From Candidatus Omnitrophota bacterium (GTDB lineage Bacteria > Omnitrophota > Omnitrophia > Omnitrophales > Aquincolibacteriaceae), in assembly GCA_035368605.1 (NCBI GenBank), contig DAOSLF010000006.1:17301-81300 (forward strand): a stretch of DNA of 64,000 nt, given 5' to 3'. Shown piece by piece: positions 29,512-40,705 of this stretch. The translations under genes were made by a program, and so were the position numbers. Below the pieces are notes generated by a model, which saw nothing but the letters and a program-made list of their open reading frames with translations, had not been told where the DNA came from and made no database searches. Position 1 is the stretch's first letter. Each line of letters begins with the position of its first letter.

Positions 29512-30934
29512 GGCATTTCACCTTTTTGTTTTCGGGTTTCAGTTTGTCCTGCTCGTCAAAAACGGGGGTCGGGTACTTCCCCGAAAAACAGGCCGTGCAG
29601 AAATGGGAGGGCGGCTGTGTGGTCGCCGCGAGCATGCCCTCGAGGCTCAGGTAGCCGAGGCTGTCAACCTCAAGGAACTTCCTGATCATGGACGCGGATT
29701 GATTCGCCGCGATCAGTTCCTTCTTCGACGGGAAATCGATCCCGTAATAGCACGGCGAAACATGCGGAGGGCAGCTGATCCTCATATGAATCTCTTTCGC
29801 CCCGGCGCCGCGCAGGAGTTTGACGCGGTTCTTCGCCGTGTTGCCGCGAACGATCGAGTCGTCCACCACGACGACCCGCTTTCCCTCCACCATTTCCCGG
29901 ATCGGGTTCAGCTTGATCTTGACCTTGATCGAACGGCCGGCCTCCGTGGGACTGATGAAGGTCCGTCCGATGTAATGGTTCCGGATGAACCCGAACGAAA
30001 GCGGAATCCCGGATTCCCTCGAAAACCCCAGCGCCGCGAAGGTGCCGGAATCGGGCACCGGGATCACGATGTCGGCTTTCGCGGGATGTTCTTTCGCGAG
30101 CTGGTGGCCCAACCGTTCGCGGACCAGACCGACATTGTCGTGGAAGATCCGGGAGTCGGGACGCGCGAAATAGACATGCTCAAAGATGCACTGCGAAATC
30201 TGGTGGCCCATGCCCTCCATCCCCTTGTGCGGGAAATGGCTGCGAACCCCCTTCCTGTCGATCACGACCACTTCGCCCGGTTCGACCTCACGGATGAACT
30301 TCGCTTCGATCAGGTCGAACGCGCAGGTTTCGGAGGCCAGTACGTAACTGTCCCCGAGCTTGCCGAGGCAGAGCGGCCGGAGCCCGTGCGGGTCCCGCAC
30401 ACCGTAGAGCTGCTCTTCGGTCAGGATCACGAGGCTGTAGGCGCCGACCACGCGCTTCACGCTTTCCACAATCCCTTCCTCGTGGGACCGGTAGGCCGGT
30501 TTCGCGATCAGATGGACAAAAATCTCGGAGTCCATCATGCTCCCGAAGATCGAACCGTACGCCTCAAGCTGCGCGCGGAGAATCTGCGCGTTCACGAGGT
30601 TACCGTTGTGACCGATCGCGATCTGGCCGCGCGAATATTCGACCTTGTACGGCTGGGTGTCCGTGAGGATCGAGGATCCGGCCGTGGAATAACGGACATG
30701 GCCGATCGCGTGGTTTCCCGGAAGCCGGTCGAACGATCCATCGTTGAAGACCTCCCCGACCAGCCCCTGCCCTTTGATGAGGTGGAGCTCGTCGCCGTCG
30801 GAGGAACAGATGCCGGCCGCCTCCTCGCCGCGGTGCTGCAGGGCAAACAGACCGAGCTGGGTGATGCGGGCCGCCTGCGGATGATTATAGATTCCGAAAA
30901 CGCCGCAGTGGTGGGGAATGTTTTCGCCTCCCAT
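29501..30934 (-). CDS. purF: Amidophosphoribosyltransferase
   Basis: 477 aa; an N-terminal Cys (MGGENIPHHCGVFG) glutaminase domain plus a PRT domain. Confidence 0.9.
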   Translation of the reverse strand: MGGENIPHHCGVFGIYNHPQAARITQLGLFALQHRGEEAAGICSSDGDELHLIKGQGLVGEVFNDGSFDRLPGNHAIGHVRYSTAGSSILTDTQPYKVEYSRGQIAIGHNGNLVNAQILRAQLEAYGSIFGSMMDSEIFVHLIAKPAYRSHEEGIVESVKRVVGAYSLVILTEEQLYGVRDPHGLRPLCLGKLGDSYVLASETCAFDLIEAKFIREVEPGEVVVIDRKGVRSHFPHKGMEGMGHQISQCIFEHVYFARPDSRIFHDNVGLVRERLGHQLAKEHPAKADIVIPVPDSGTFAALGFSRESGIPLSFGFIRNHYIGRTFISPTEAGRSIKVKIKLNPIREMVEGKRVVVVDDSIVRGNTAKNRVKLLRGAGAKEIHMRISCPPHVSPCYYGIDFPSKKELIAANQSASMIRKFLEVDSLGYLSLEGMLAATTQPPSHFCTACFSGKYPTPVFDEQDKLKPENKKVKCRGA

Positions 30935-31203
30935 TATTTCCTTTCCATGACCGACGGGATCACGTTGTCGAAGACCGGTCTCAGTTCGGCAACCGGCAGG
31001 CGGACCTTGTCGCCGATCGCGTGAATGCCGGCTTCCGCCTGCTTCCGGTCCGCCGATTCGAGCTGCATTTCAAAATACTTCCCGGTCCGGAGCGACTTCG
31101 CCTCCCTGAATCCCATCGTCTCGAGCGCGTGAAGCGTCGTCTGCTCCTGCGGGTCCAGCACCGATTTTTTCAGACCTGGATGAGTCCCGGCCTTGAACTT
31201 CAT
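30934..31203 (-). CDS. purS: Phosphoribosylformylglycinamidine synthase subunit PurS
   Basis: LKKSVLDPQEQTTLHALETMGF...GKYFEM matches the PurS consensus. Confidence 0.75.
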   Translation of the reverse strand: MKFKAGTHPGLKKSVLDPQEQTTLHALETMGFREAKSLRTGKYFEMQLESADRKQAEAGIHAIGDKVRLPVAELRPVFDNVIPSVMERK

Positions 31204-31228
31204 GAACGCAACCTTTCCCTTCTTTAAA

Positions 31229-32149
31229 TTAAATATCGCGAATGTCCCTGCCCGTCAGTCGTTTAAAAATCTCGCAATAGGCCGCGGTGGTTTTTTCGAT
31301 GATGTCGGGCGGAAGTTCGGGTCCGGGCGGCCGTTTGTCCCACGCCAGCGTTTCCAGATAGTTCCGAACTATCTGTTTGTCGTAGCTCGGCTGGTCGTGC
31401 CCCGTCTCGTACCTGTCGGCGGGCCAGAAGCGCGAGCTGTCGGGCGTCAGGATTTCGTCGATCAGCATGACCTTCCCGTCGTGGATTCCGAACTCGAATT
31501 TCGTGTCGGCAATGATAATCCCCTTCGACGCGGCGAACGCCTGTCCATTCCTGTAGAGCTCGATCGTGAGGTCGCGCACCCGCATCGCGACATCTTTGCC
31601 CACAATGCGGATCGCCTCGCCGAGATCGATATTGATGTCATGGCCCGCCTTGGCCTTCGTCGACGGCGTGAAGATCGGCTCCGGGAATTTTTCGCACTGT
31701 TTCATGCCGGGCAGAAGCTTGTGGCCGCAGACCATACCGGTCCGCTGATAATCCTTCCAGCCGGAACCCGTGATGTAACCGCGCACGACGCATTCGATTT
31801 CGAGCGGCCGGGCTTTTTTGACGAGCATCGAACGCCCTTCGATTTCATGGCGGAAATCCTTCACCACGTTCTCCGGAAGGCCCATCTCGTCGACATCCGC
31901 GGTGATGAGGTGCTGCGGGATGATATCCCTGAAATGGTCGAGCCAGAAAAGCGTGATGTTATTGAGGACCTTGCCCTTGAGCGGGATCGGGTTCGGCATC
32001 ACGACATCGAACGCGCTCAGGCGGTCGGTCGTAACGATGAGGAGTTTGTCGCTGCCGATGCTGTAGATGTCACGGACTTTGCCGACCGCGAAACGCGTCA
32101 GCGGCAGATGAGTTTCCAGGATCGCTTCGCCCTTCACTTCGCTCACCAC
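31229..32149 (-). CDS. purC: Phosphoribosylaminoimidazole-succinocarboxamide synthase
   Basis: 306 aa SAICAR synthetase with a GTG start and a GGAGG RBS. Confidence 0.9.
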   Translation of the reverse strand: MVSEVKGEAILETHLPLTRFAVGKVRDIYSIGSDKLLIVTTDRLSAFDVVMPNPIPLKGKVLNNITLFWLDHFRDIIPQHLITADVDEMGLPENVVKDFRHEIEGRSMLVKKARPLEIECVVRGYITGSGWKDYQRTGMVCGHKLLPGMKQCEKFPEPIFTPSTKAKAGHDINIDLGEAIRIVGKDVAMRVRDLTIELYRNGQAFAASKGIIIADTKFEFGIHDGKVMLIDEILTPDSSRFWPADRYETGHDQPSYDKQIVRNYLETLAWDKRPPGPELPPDIIEKTTAAYCEIFKRLTGRDIRDI

Positions 32150-32259
32150 ACTCTCCCCCCTCCTCTACCCGTTATGCGTCCGGAGCGCGGGCTTCATGGC
32201 TTCTTGCCCGGCATGGATGCCTTCCCCATGGCTCCGAACCCCGGAATCAGGATTCCGAA

Positions 32260-33579
32260 CTACTTGTTTTTCAAAATACCCGCCCGCTTCAGGATCGCCG
32301 GCACATTCCGCAGGTGACGGTCGTAGCTGAACGCCTCCCGGACCTCTGCGGGCGAAAGATGTTCGAGGATCCCCTTGTCGCTCAGCGCGACGTCCCGGAG
32401 ATTCGCCGATTCATCCTCCCAGATCCGTTTCGCGGCGGCCTGGACAAGCTTGTAGGCATCCTCGCGCGTGAGCCCCTTTTCGACGAGCTTGAGGAGCAGC
32501 CCCTGGGAAAAGACCATGCCACGGCTCGCTTCCATGTTCCTGAGCATGCGGTCTTTATTGACCTGGAGGTTCTCGATCACGTTTTGCATGAGCCCCAGCA
32601 TGTAGTCGAGGAGGATCGTGCTGTCCGGGAAAATGACGCGCTCGACGGACGAGTGCGTGATGTCACGCTCATGCCAGAGCGCGATATTCTCGAGCGCCGC
32701 GAGCGCGTTCCCGCGGAGGATACGCGCGAGGCCCGCGATGCGTTCGCAGGTGATGGGGTTGCGCTTGTGGGGCATTGCCGAAGACCCCTTCTGTCCTTTC
32801 GCGAAATACTCCTGCACCTCGTAGCATTCGGTCTTCTGGAGCCCGCGGATCTCGGTCGCGAGCTTTTCGAGCGACCCGCCGATCACGGCGATCACGGTCA
32901 TGTACTCGGCGTGGCGGTCGCGCTGAAGAATCTGCGTCGACACGGGCGCCGGGTTGAGCTTGAGCTTTTTGCAGACATAATTCTCGACCTTCGGGGCCAC
33001 GTTCGCAAACGTACCGACCGCGCCCGAGATCTTCCCGAAGCGGATGTTCTCCGTCGCGCGCTCGAAGCGCTCGAGGTTCCGTTTGAACTCGGCATGAAAA
33101 AGGGCCATCTTGAGGCCAAAGGTCACGGGCTCGGCGTGCACGCCGTGCGAGCGACCGACCATGAGGGTGTTCGCGTGCGCCCTGGCCCGGACGGCGAGGA
33201 TATCGATCAGCTTCCTGAGTTCCCGGTTCAGAACCCTGGAGGCGTCCACGAGCTGGAGCGCAAGTCCCGTGTCGAGGATATCGGAGGAGGTCAGACCGAA
33301 ATGGACATAGCGCCCGGCGGGGCCGACATGCTCCGCGACGTTCGTGAGGAACGCGATCACGTCATGGTTCGTGATCTTCTCGATCTCCTTCACGCGCGCG
33401 ACGTCAAATTTCGCCCTGGGGCGTACCTTGGCGGGAATCTCTTTGGGGATGTAACCGTAGCGGGCAAGGCCATCGAGTGCCGCAAGCTCCACCTCCAGCC
33501 ATTTTTGAAGTTTATTCTCTTCGGTCCAGACCTTGGCCATTTCGGGCCGGGTGTAGCGCGGAATCACAAAAAACCTCAC
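32260..33579 (-). CDS. purB: Adenylosuccinate lyase
   Basis: 439 aa with IPRYTRPEMAKVW and the fumarate lyase signature GSSAMPHKRNP. The true start may be a few codons inside. Confidence 0.9.
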   Translation of the reverse strand: MRFFVIPRYTRPEMAKVWTEENKLQKWLEVELAALDGLARYGYIPKEIPAKVRPRAKFDVARVKEIEKITNHDVIAFLTNVAEHVGPAGRYVHFGLTSSDILDTGLALQLVDASRVLNRELRKLIDILAVRARAHANTLMVGRSHGVHAEPVTFGLKMALFHAEFKRNLERFERATENIRFGKISGAVGTFANVAPKVENYVCKKLKLNPAPVSTQILQRDRHAEYMTVIAVIGGSLEKLATEIRGLQKTECYEVQEYFAKGQKGSSAMPHKRNPITCERIAGLARILRGNALAALENIALWHERDITHSSVERVIFPDSTILLDYMLGLMQNVIENLQVNKDRMLRNMEASRGMVFSQGLLLKLVEKGLTREDAYKLVQAAAKRIWEDESANLRDVALSDKGILEHLSPAEVREAFSYDRHLRNVPAILKRAGILKNK

Positions 33580-33585
33580 TATAAT

Positions 33586-33663
33586 TGGTGGCGCTAACGG
33601 GATTTAAACCCGTGTTTTTGCCTTGAGAGGGCAACGTCCTAGATCGGGCTAGACGATAGCGCC
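33586..33663 (-). tRNA. tRNA-Glu (anticodon CTC) with encoded CCA
   Basis: The minus strand reads GGCGCTATCGTCTAGCCCGATCTAGGACGTTGCCCTCTCAAGGCAAAAACACGGGTTTAAATCCCGTTAGCGCCACCA, with a D-arm typical of tRNA-Glu. Confidence 0.8.
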
Positions 33664-33792
33664 GCGAAAACCATACCGGATTATTCAACAGACACCGCAA
33701 AATCGCACCGAGCAAAATACACGATGCCCCAGACTTGCCTGATTGTTCAGCGAAAAACAGGTCATGGGAGGAAAAACACCAAAGGCGGCGGC

Positions 33793-33821
33793 ATTCTACC
33801 GATGGCATCCACCCTTGTCAA
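33793..33821 (-). promoter_or_regulatory. Near-consensus sigma70 promoter, probably driving the tRNA-Glu transcript
   Basis: On the minus strand: -35 TTGACA, 17-nt spacer, -10 TAGAAT, 13 nt past the stop of the upstream small gene and about 120 nt before the tRNA. Confidence 0.4.
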
Positions 33822-33833
33822 TCGAACGAACCG

Positions 33834-34157
33834 TTAATACCGGTCGTTCTTGATATCGTTGACATTCCGCTCGAGCAGTTCGACGCGCTTCGCGAGGAAA
33901 CGATTCTCCTGCTCCAGCATCTGGATGCGCCGCAGGGCATCCGAAAGACGGTCCTGTGTCAGGTCCTTCTGGATCGTCGTGTAATCATCGGACGCCGGGA
34001 CGCCGGACGCCGCCTGGACCGTGTCAGCCGCGACGGCCGCGGGGAGCAACGCCAGAACCATCAAGGCGCACACCCCGGTCACCTTCCCAAGTGCCTTTAT
34101 TCCGTCAGAGACAGAAAACGCTTCCGACGAAGCGTTTCCGCAATCGTGATTGTCCAT
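33834..34157 (-). CDS. Small bitopic membrane protein with a periplasmic coiled coil (107 aa)
   Basis: An ATG with a strong AGGAAGGA RBS. TM segment VTGVCALMVLALLPAAVAA. The C-terminus reads RLSDALRRIQMLEQENRFLAKRVELLERNVNDIKNDRY. Confidence 0.55.
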   Translation of the reverse strand: MDNHDCGNASSEAFSVSDGIKALGKVTGVCALMVLALLPAAVAADTVQAASGVPASDDYTTIQKDLTQDRLSDALRRIQMLEQENRFLAKRVELLERNVNDIKNDRY

Positions 34158-34318
34158 GAAATATCCTTCCTTTCATGCCTTGGCGCGAATCAAAAAGCCG
34201 CCCGTATTGAACCGGTCTCCAGCGTGCTCCACAGGGCGGCAGTATACCATATCTTGTATGAACGCCAAAAGCGAAACCTGGCCGTTTCCGCGCGAAAAAG
34301 ATAAGGAGAAACCCGGTC

Positions 34319-34339
34319 TCCAACCTACGAGGTTGGATA
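34319..34339. repeat. Left copy of the palindromic repeat TCCAACCTACGAGGTTGGATA
   Basis: A 21-nt exact match to the copy at 36738..36758, 15 nt past the xerD stop. It contains the hairpin CCAACCT-ACG-AGGTTGG. Confidence 0.6.
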
Positions 34340-34353
34340 GGTTCGCGGATTAA

Positions 34354-35280
34354 TCAGCCGCGCGGGTGGAACTTCGCGTGAATGGATTTCAGGCGGTTGC
34401 CGGAAACGTGGGTATAGATCTGGGTCGTGGCGATATTCGAATGGCCGAGAAGTTCCTGCACGACGCGGAGGTCCGCGCCCCGTTCGAGGAGATGCGTCGC
34501 GAACGAATGCCGGAAGGTATGCGGTTTGATGGGCTTCGCGATCCCGGCGCGCATCGCGTAGCGTTTAATCATCTGCCAGACATACTGACGTGTCAGCCCC
34601 GAGCCGTTCCGTCCGAGGAAGAAATGATCCGTCCGCGCCTTGATCTTTGAACGCACGCGCGCGAGGTAGGCTCGGCAGGCGTCGACCGCGACGCTGCCGA
34701 GCGGGACGATCCGTTCCTTGTTCCCTTTCCCGCGGCACTTGATGAAATGATTGTCCAGGTAAACGTTCCCGGCGCTGAGGCCCGTCACTTCGGAAACGCG
34801 CATGCCGGTCGCGTACAGGCATTCGAGAAGCGCCCGGTCGCGAATCCCGGCCGGTGTCTTCGGGTCCGGTGCCTTCAGGATCGCGTCCATCTCCTGCACG
34901 GTGAGGAACTGCGGCAGTTTCTTCCATTGTCTGGAAGACTCGAGCACGCTCGTCACATCCTCTTTCACGTACTTCTCGTGCGCGAGGAAACGGTGAAAAA
35001 GCTTGACCGAGACGAGCGCCCTCGCGACAGACGGGACCTCAAGCCCGCGGCGGCCCTCGGCGGCGAGGAACTTCAGGATATGCGCGCGGGTTATTCCCTC
35101 CCAGTCCGGCATCTTTTCCCGGCGGAGGAATCCCGTGTAATGATCGAGGTCGCGGCGGTAGGCGTCGAGCGTGTTCTGCGAGAGGCCTTTTTCGACGGCA
35201 AGGTAGTTCAGGAACTCCCCGATGAGGAAATGATTCCGGTCCCCGGGTTTTTTTTCGATCGCGGTTTGGGTATCCATCAA
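34354..35280 (-). CDS. xerD: Tyrosine recombinase XerD
   Basis: 308 aa with a C-terminal HTFRHSFATHLLERGADLRVVQELLGHSNIATTQIYTHV typical of XerD. Confidence 0.85.
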   Translation of the reverse strand: MMDTQTAIEKKPGDRNHFLIGEFLNYLAVEKGLSQNTLDAYRRDLDHYTGFLRREKMPDWEGITRAHILKFLAAEGRRGLEVPSVARALVSVKLFHRFLAHEKYVKEDVTSVLESSRQWKKLPQFLTVQEMDAILKAPDPKTPAGIRDRALLECLYATGMRVSEVTGLSAGNVYLDNHFIKCRGKGNKERIVPLGSVAVDACRAYLARVRSKIKARTDHFFLGRNGSGLTRQYVWQMIKRYAMRAGIAKPIKPHTFRHSFATHLLERGADLRVVQELLGHSNIATTQIYTHVSGNRLKSIHAKFHPRG

Positions 35281-35328
35281 AAAAATTATCGGCCACCGGA
35301 GCCAAACCCTAGAGCGCCGCCATCCCGG

Positions 35329-35352
35329 AAAAACGGGGTCAGACCCCGTTTT
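35329..35352. terminator. Bidirectional intrinsic terminator hairpin between the nuclease gene and xerD
   Basis: AAAAACGGGG-tcaga-CCCCGTTTTT, a perfect 10-bp stem whose ends are A5/T5 runs. Confidence 0.55.
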
Positions 35353-35382
35353 TCAGCAGGACCCCGGCCATCATTTTCTGTT

Positions 35383-36627
35383 TTATTCGCTCACTTTCAC
35401 GGCGAGCCCTTTTTCAATGAGCCAGCCGTTCAGGAACTTGTCTTCGCCGCTCTCGGCGTCGGCCGCAAAAACATCGGCCAGGTAGCGGTCGTATTTGTCG
35501 GACCTCATGGTCTTGATCGAGATTCGCGTGCCGGGCGGGAGAAGTTTTTCGACGAACCGCTTCGCCTCCGCGCCGTCCTTCGTCCCGATCTCGGGGGTAT
35601 CAATGCCCCTCAAACGAAGGGTCTGCGTCGTCGTGATCCCGAACCCGAGGTCGACCACCGCCTCGAGCGTGTCGCCGTCCAGAACGCGGAACACGTTGGC
35701 GTTGTACGTGTAGAGAAGCGTCGCGATGTTCGAGACCCGGGACTCGGGCACCACCTGGACCTCTTCGCCGTAGAAGGCGACAATATCCCCCTCCCTGAAT
35801 CCGCTCAGGTCGTCCCCCAGGACCTCGGCAAGCCTGAAATAATTGGAAAATCCGAGGTCGAGAGCGAGTTCGTCCTTGTAGGGACCTGCCTTGGCGCGAA
35901 TGATTCTGTAAGTTCCCGGTTGTCCGATGTCGAGAGGTTCCAGCGTCTTCGCGACGGCCGCCGGGGCCGGAGTCTGCTCTCCGCCCTCCGGTTTTTCTTT
36001 TGCCGTGACCGCTCGGATCTCCTCACGCAGGCGGTCCCGTGACCAGTTTTCCTTCTCCGCTTTGGCGGCAAGCGACTCGCGCTCCCCGGCGTCATTGACC
36101 GAGAGCAATTCCCGGTATTCCGACCAGGTCAATTTACCCGCATGCGGGCAAATCGGATAAGCTCTGGCGAATTGAAGCATATACCGGAGTTCGGTGCCGC
36201 TAATGGCAAGGTCCCCCGCGAGCCTGGACAGGACCTGCTTTCCGTATTCCGCCCGCTCCTGATGCTGAAGCACGTGTCGATCGATCAGCCTTCCGATCTC
36301 CCACGACTCGCGCACCCGCTCCTGTTCGACGGCCCGCGCGGCCCGCATCTCGCTTTCAAACCGGGCCCTGCGGATCGCGGTCACGAGTTCCCCGTACGTC
36401 GCGACCTTCATTTCAGACACGGTCTCCGGACCGGCCTCTGTCCCGGCCGAGGCTTTCCTGACGGTCTTCGCCTCCGCTTGTCCTGTGCGCCCGCCGGCTG
36501 TCCGGAGGGAGCTTGTCTGCGGCGAGCGGGTCGAATCCGTCGACGGGGCCGCAAAACTCACCGGCACGCACAAGGAAAGCAGAATGAACGCGACACTCAA
36601 CGTTTGAAATCTCCGGTTTTTTTCCAT
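35383..36627 (-). CDS. Secreted fusion nuclease: DUF1016_N (YhcG-like N-terminal domain) plus a staphylococcal-nuclease-like (thermonuclease/SNase) domain
   Basis: The start is placed at MEKNRRFQTLSVAFILLSLCVPVSFA (a signal peptide). The middle matches DUF1016_N (WEIGRLI...AEYGKQVLSRLAGDL...LRYMLQFARAYP). The C-terminus is SNase-like (FRVLDGDTLEAVVD...LRLRGIDTPE...). Confidence 0.75.
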   Translation of the reverse strand: MEKNRRFQTLSVAFILLSLCVPVSFAAPSTDSTRSPQTSSLRTAGGRTGQAEAKTVRKASAGTEAGPETVSEMKVATYGELVTAIRRARFESEMRAARAVEQERVRESWEIGRLIDRHVLQHQERAEYGKQVLSRLAGDLAISGTELRYMLQFARAYPICPHAGKLTWSEYRELLSVNDAGERESLAAKAEKENWSRDRLREEIRAVTAKEKPEGGEQTPAPAAVAKTLEPLDIGQPGTYRIIRAKAGPYKDELALDLGFSNYFRLAEVLGDDLSGFREGDIVAFYGEEVQVVPESRVSNIATLLYTYNANVFRVLDGDTLEAVVDLGFGITTTQTLRLRGIDTPEIGTKDGAEAKRFVEKLLPPGTRISIKTMRSDKYDRYLADVFAADAESGEDKFLNGWLIEKGLAVKVSE

Positions 36628-36722
36628 AAAGTCAGCCCCCGCCTTGATTGTTATCGGATTGTTATCGAAGTCTGTTACTGGATAAAACGACACCACAAAT
36701 CCCCGTTCCTTTTCCCGCGACC

Positions 36723-36771
36723 AATCCAACCTACCAATCCAACCTACGAGGTTGGATATGGTTGGATGGTT
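36723..36771. repeat. Right copy of the palindromic repeat, expanded: two direct CCAATCCAACCTA units followed by inverted GGTTGGAT(A/G)TGG units
   Basis: ccaatccaacctaccaatccaacctacgaggttggatatggttggatggtttgg. It shares the 21-mer with 34319..34339 and ends 4 nt before the ligA stop. Confidence 0.6.
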
Positions 36772-36774
36772 TGG

Positions 36775-39619
<2,845 letters not shown>

Positions 39620-39709
39620 CCGTACTCCCTATGAGCGCCGGGTGTCGCGCCAAACGAAACCCGAAACTTTTCCACCCCGGGTTCTTCGCCCCTGCGCCGC
39701 GTGTGTTTT

Positions 39710-39982
39710 TTACATAACGATTCCGAACCGTTTGTAGGTCCCGGCGGCGTCCGACCAGTGAGCCTCGACGTTTTCGATGTAATACTTCATACCCGACTCG
39801 CGGATCGCCGTCAGGAATTCGACAAGGACCGGCTCCTCGCCCTCCGCGACGACCTCGACGCGCCCGTCGTCAAGGTTCCGCACGAATCCCGTCACCGCGA
39901 ACCGCCGCGCGACCCGCTCCGTCGTGAAGCGGAAACCCACGCCCTGCACCGTCCCGCTGAAGAATACCTGCATTCGTTTCAT
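39710..39982 (-). CDS. acyP: Acylphosphatase
   Basis: 90 aa with VQGVGFR...GFVRN...G.V motifs. Confidence 0.85.
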   Translation of the reverse strand: MKRMQVFFSGTVQGVGFRFTTERVARRFAVTGFVRNLDDGRVEVVAEGEEPVLVEFLTAIRESGMKYYIENVEAHWSDAAGTYKRFGIVM

Positions 39983-39985
39983 GGT

Positions 39986-40705
39986 TCAGAGGATGGGATC
40001 CGGAGCGCGGCACGAGAACCTGTCATGGGAATCATCATGCCCCGCATCCCGTGTCCCGGTTTTTTTAATTCGGGCGGCGGTTTCACATATCTCGCCGGCT
40101 TTTTTCACCGTCAGGTCATTGCGAGCCGCATGCGAAGTTCGCCTCAAGGATTCGGACGGATTCGCCCTCCGGCGGACCGGGTAACCGTTTCTGAGGGCAT
40201 TCCGGATATGAAAGGCCGCGATGCCGAACGCGACCGAAACATTGAGCGAGTTCTTGAGACCCGCCATGCCGATCTCTATCGTCCGGTCGCAGAGCGGGAG
40301 AAGGCCGTCGGAGACGCCCTCGATCTCGTTACCGACCACGAGGCAGACGCGCTCCGAAGGCGTGAAGGCCTCATACGGAACACTCTGTTCCAGTTGTTCG
40401 AGAAGCACGATCTCATAGCCCTCCGCTTTCAGTTTTCCGAGAACAATCGCCGCTTCCCGCTCGTACGTCCACGGCACTTCCTTTTCGGCCCCGAGCGCGG
40501 TCTTCGTGATTTTCGTGTCGGGAGGATGTCCCGTGATGCCGCAGAGGTAGATTTTCTCGACTCCGGCGCCGTCCGCGGTGCGGAAGATGGAACCGACGTT
40601 ATGAAGGCTCCGGATATTATTGAGAAGGACCGAGAACGGAAGCCGCGGCGCCTCGCGGTTCGTCCGCTGGCGGGCCAGCAGCTCCTCGTGGGTCAGCTTC
40701 CGCAT
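39986..40705 (-). CDS. SpoU/TrmH-family RNA 2-prime-O-methyltransferase with a C-terminal tail of about 75 aa and no recognisable domain
   Basis: The SPOUT core is NIRSLHNVGSIFRTADGAGV...VVGNEIEGVS...SLNVSVAFGIAAF. The start is placed at MRKLTHEEL; the track begins at 40840. Confidence 0.7.
   Translation of the reverse strand: MRKLTHEELLARQRTNREAPRLPFSVLLNNIRSLHNVGSIFRTADGAGVEKIYLCGITGHPPDTKITKTALGAEKEVPWTYEREAAIVLGKLKAEGYEIVLLEQLEQSVPYEAFTPSERVCLVVGNEIEGVSDGLLPLCDRTIEIGMAGLKNSLNVSVAFGIAAFHIRNALRNGYPVRRRANPSESLRRTSHAARNDLTVKKAGEICETAARIKKTGTRDAGHDDSHDRFSCRAPDPIL

Noticed and set aside
33664-33790. A 26-codon ORF (MTCFSLNNQASLGHRVFCSVRFCGVC) in the tRNA-Glu leader
   Set aside because: It is preceded by CCTCCC (an anti-SD rather than an SD) and has no sign of conservation. 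The region is better explained as a tRNA leader.
36628-36729. N-terminal extensions proposed by the ORF track (for example MDWSREKERG... on the nuclease, 60 extra codons on ligA, 39 on Sir2, 65 on the U32 peptidase, 26 on the pseudo-ParA)
   Set aside because: The extensions translate repeat or intergenic DNA. Conserved N-terminal motifs and signal peptides begin at internal ATG/GTG codons with recognisable ribosome-binding sites.
34319-36771. Interpreting the flanking 21-mers as phage-type attL/attR of an integrase
   Set aside because: The recombinase is a textbook chromosomal XerD rather than a phage integrase, and the repeat is a hairpin located right after stop codons. A mobile-element origin remains possible but is not proven, so I report it as a repeat family or excisable module candidate only.
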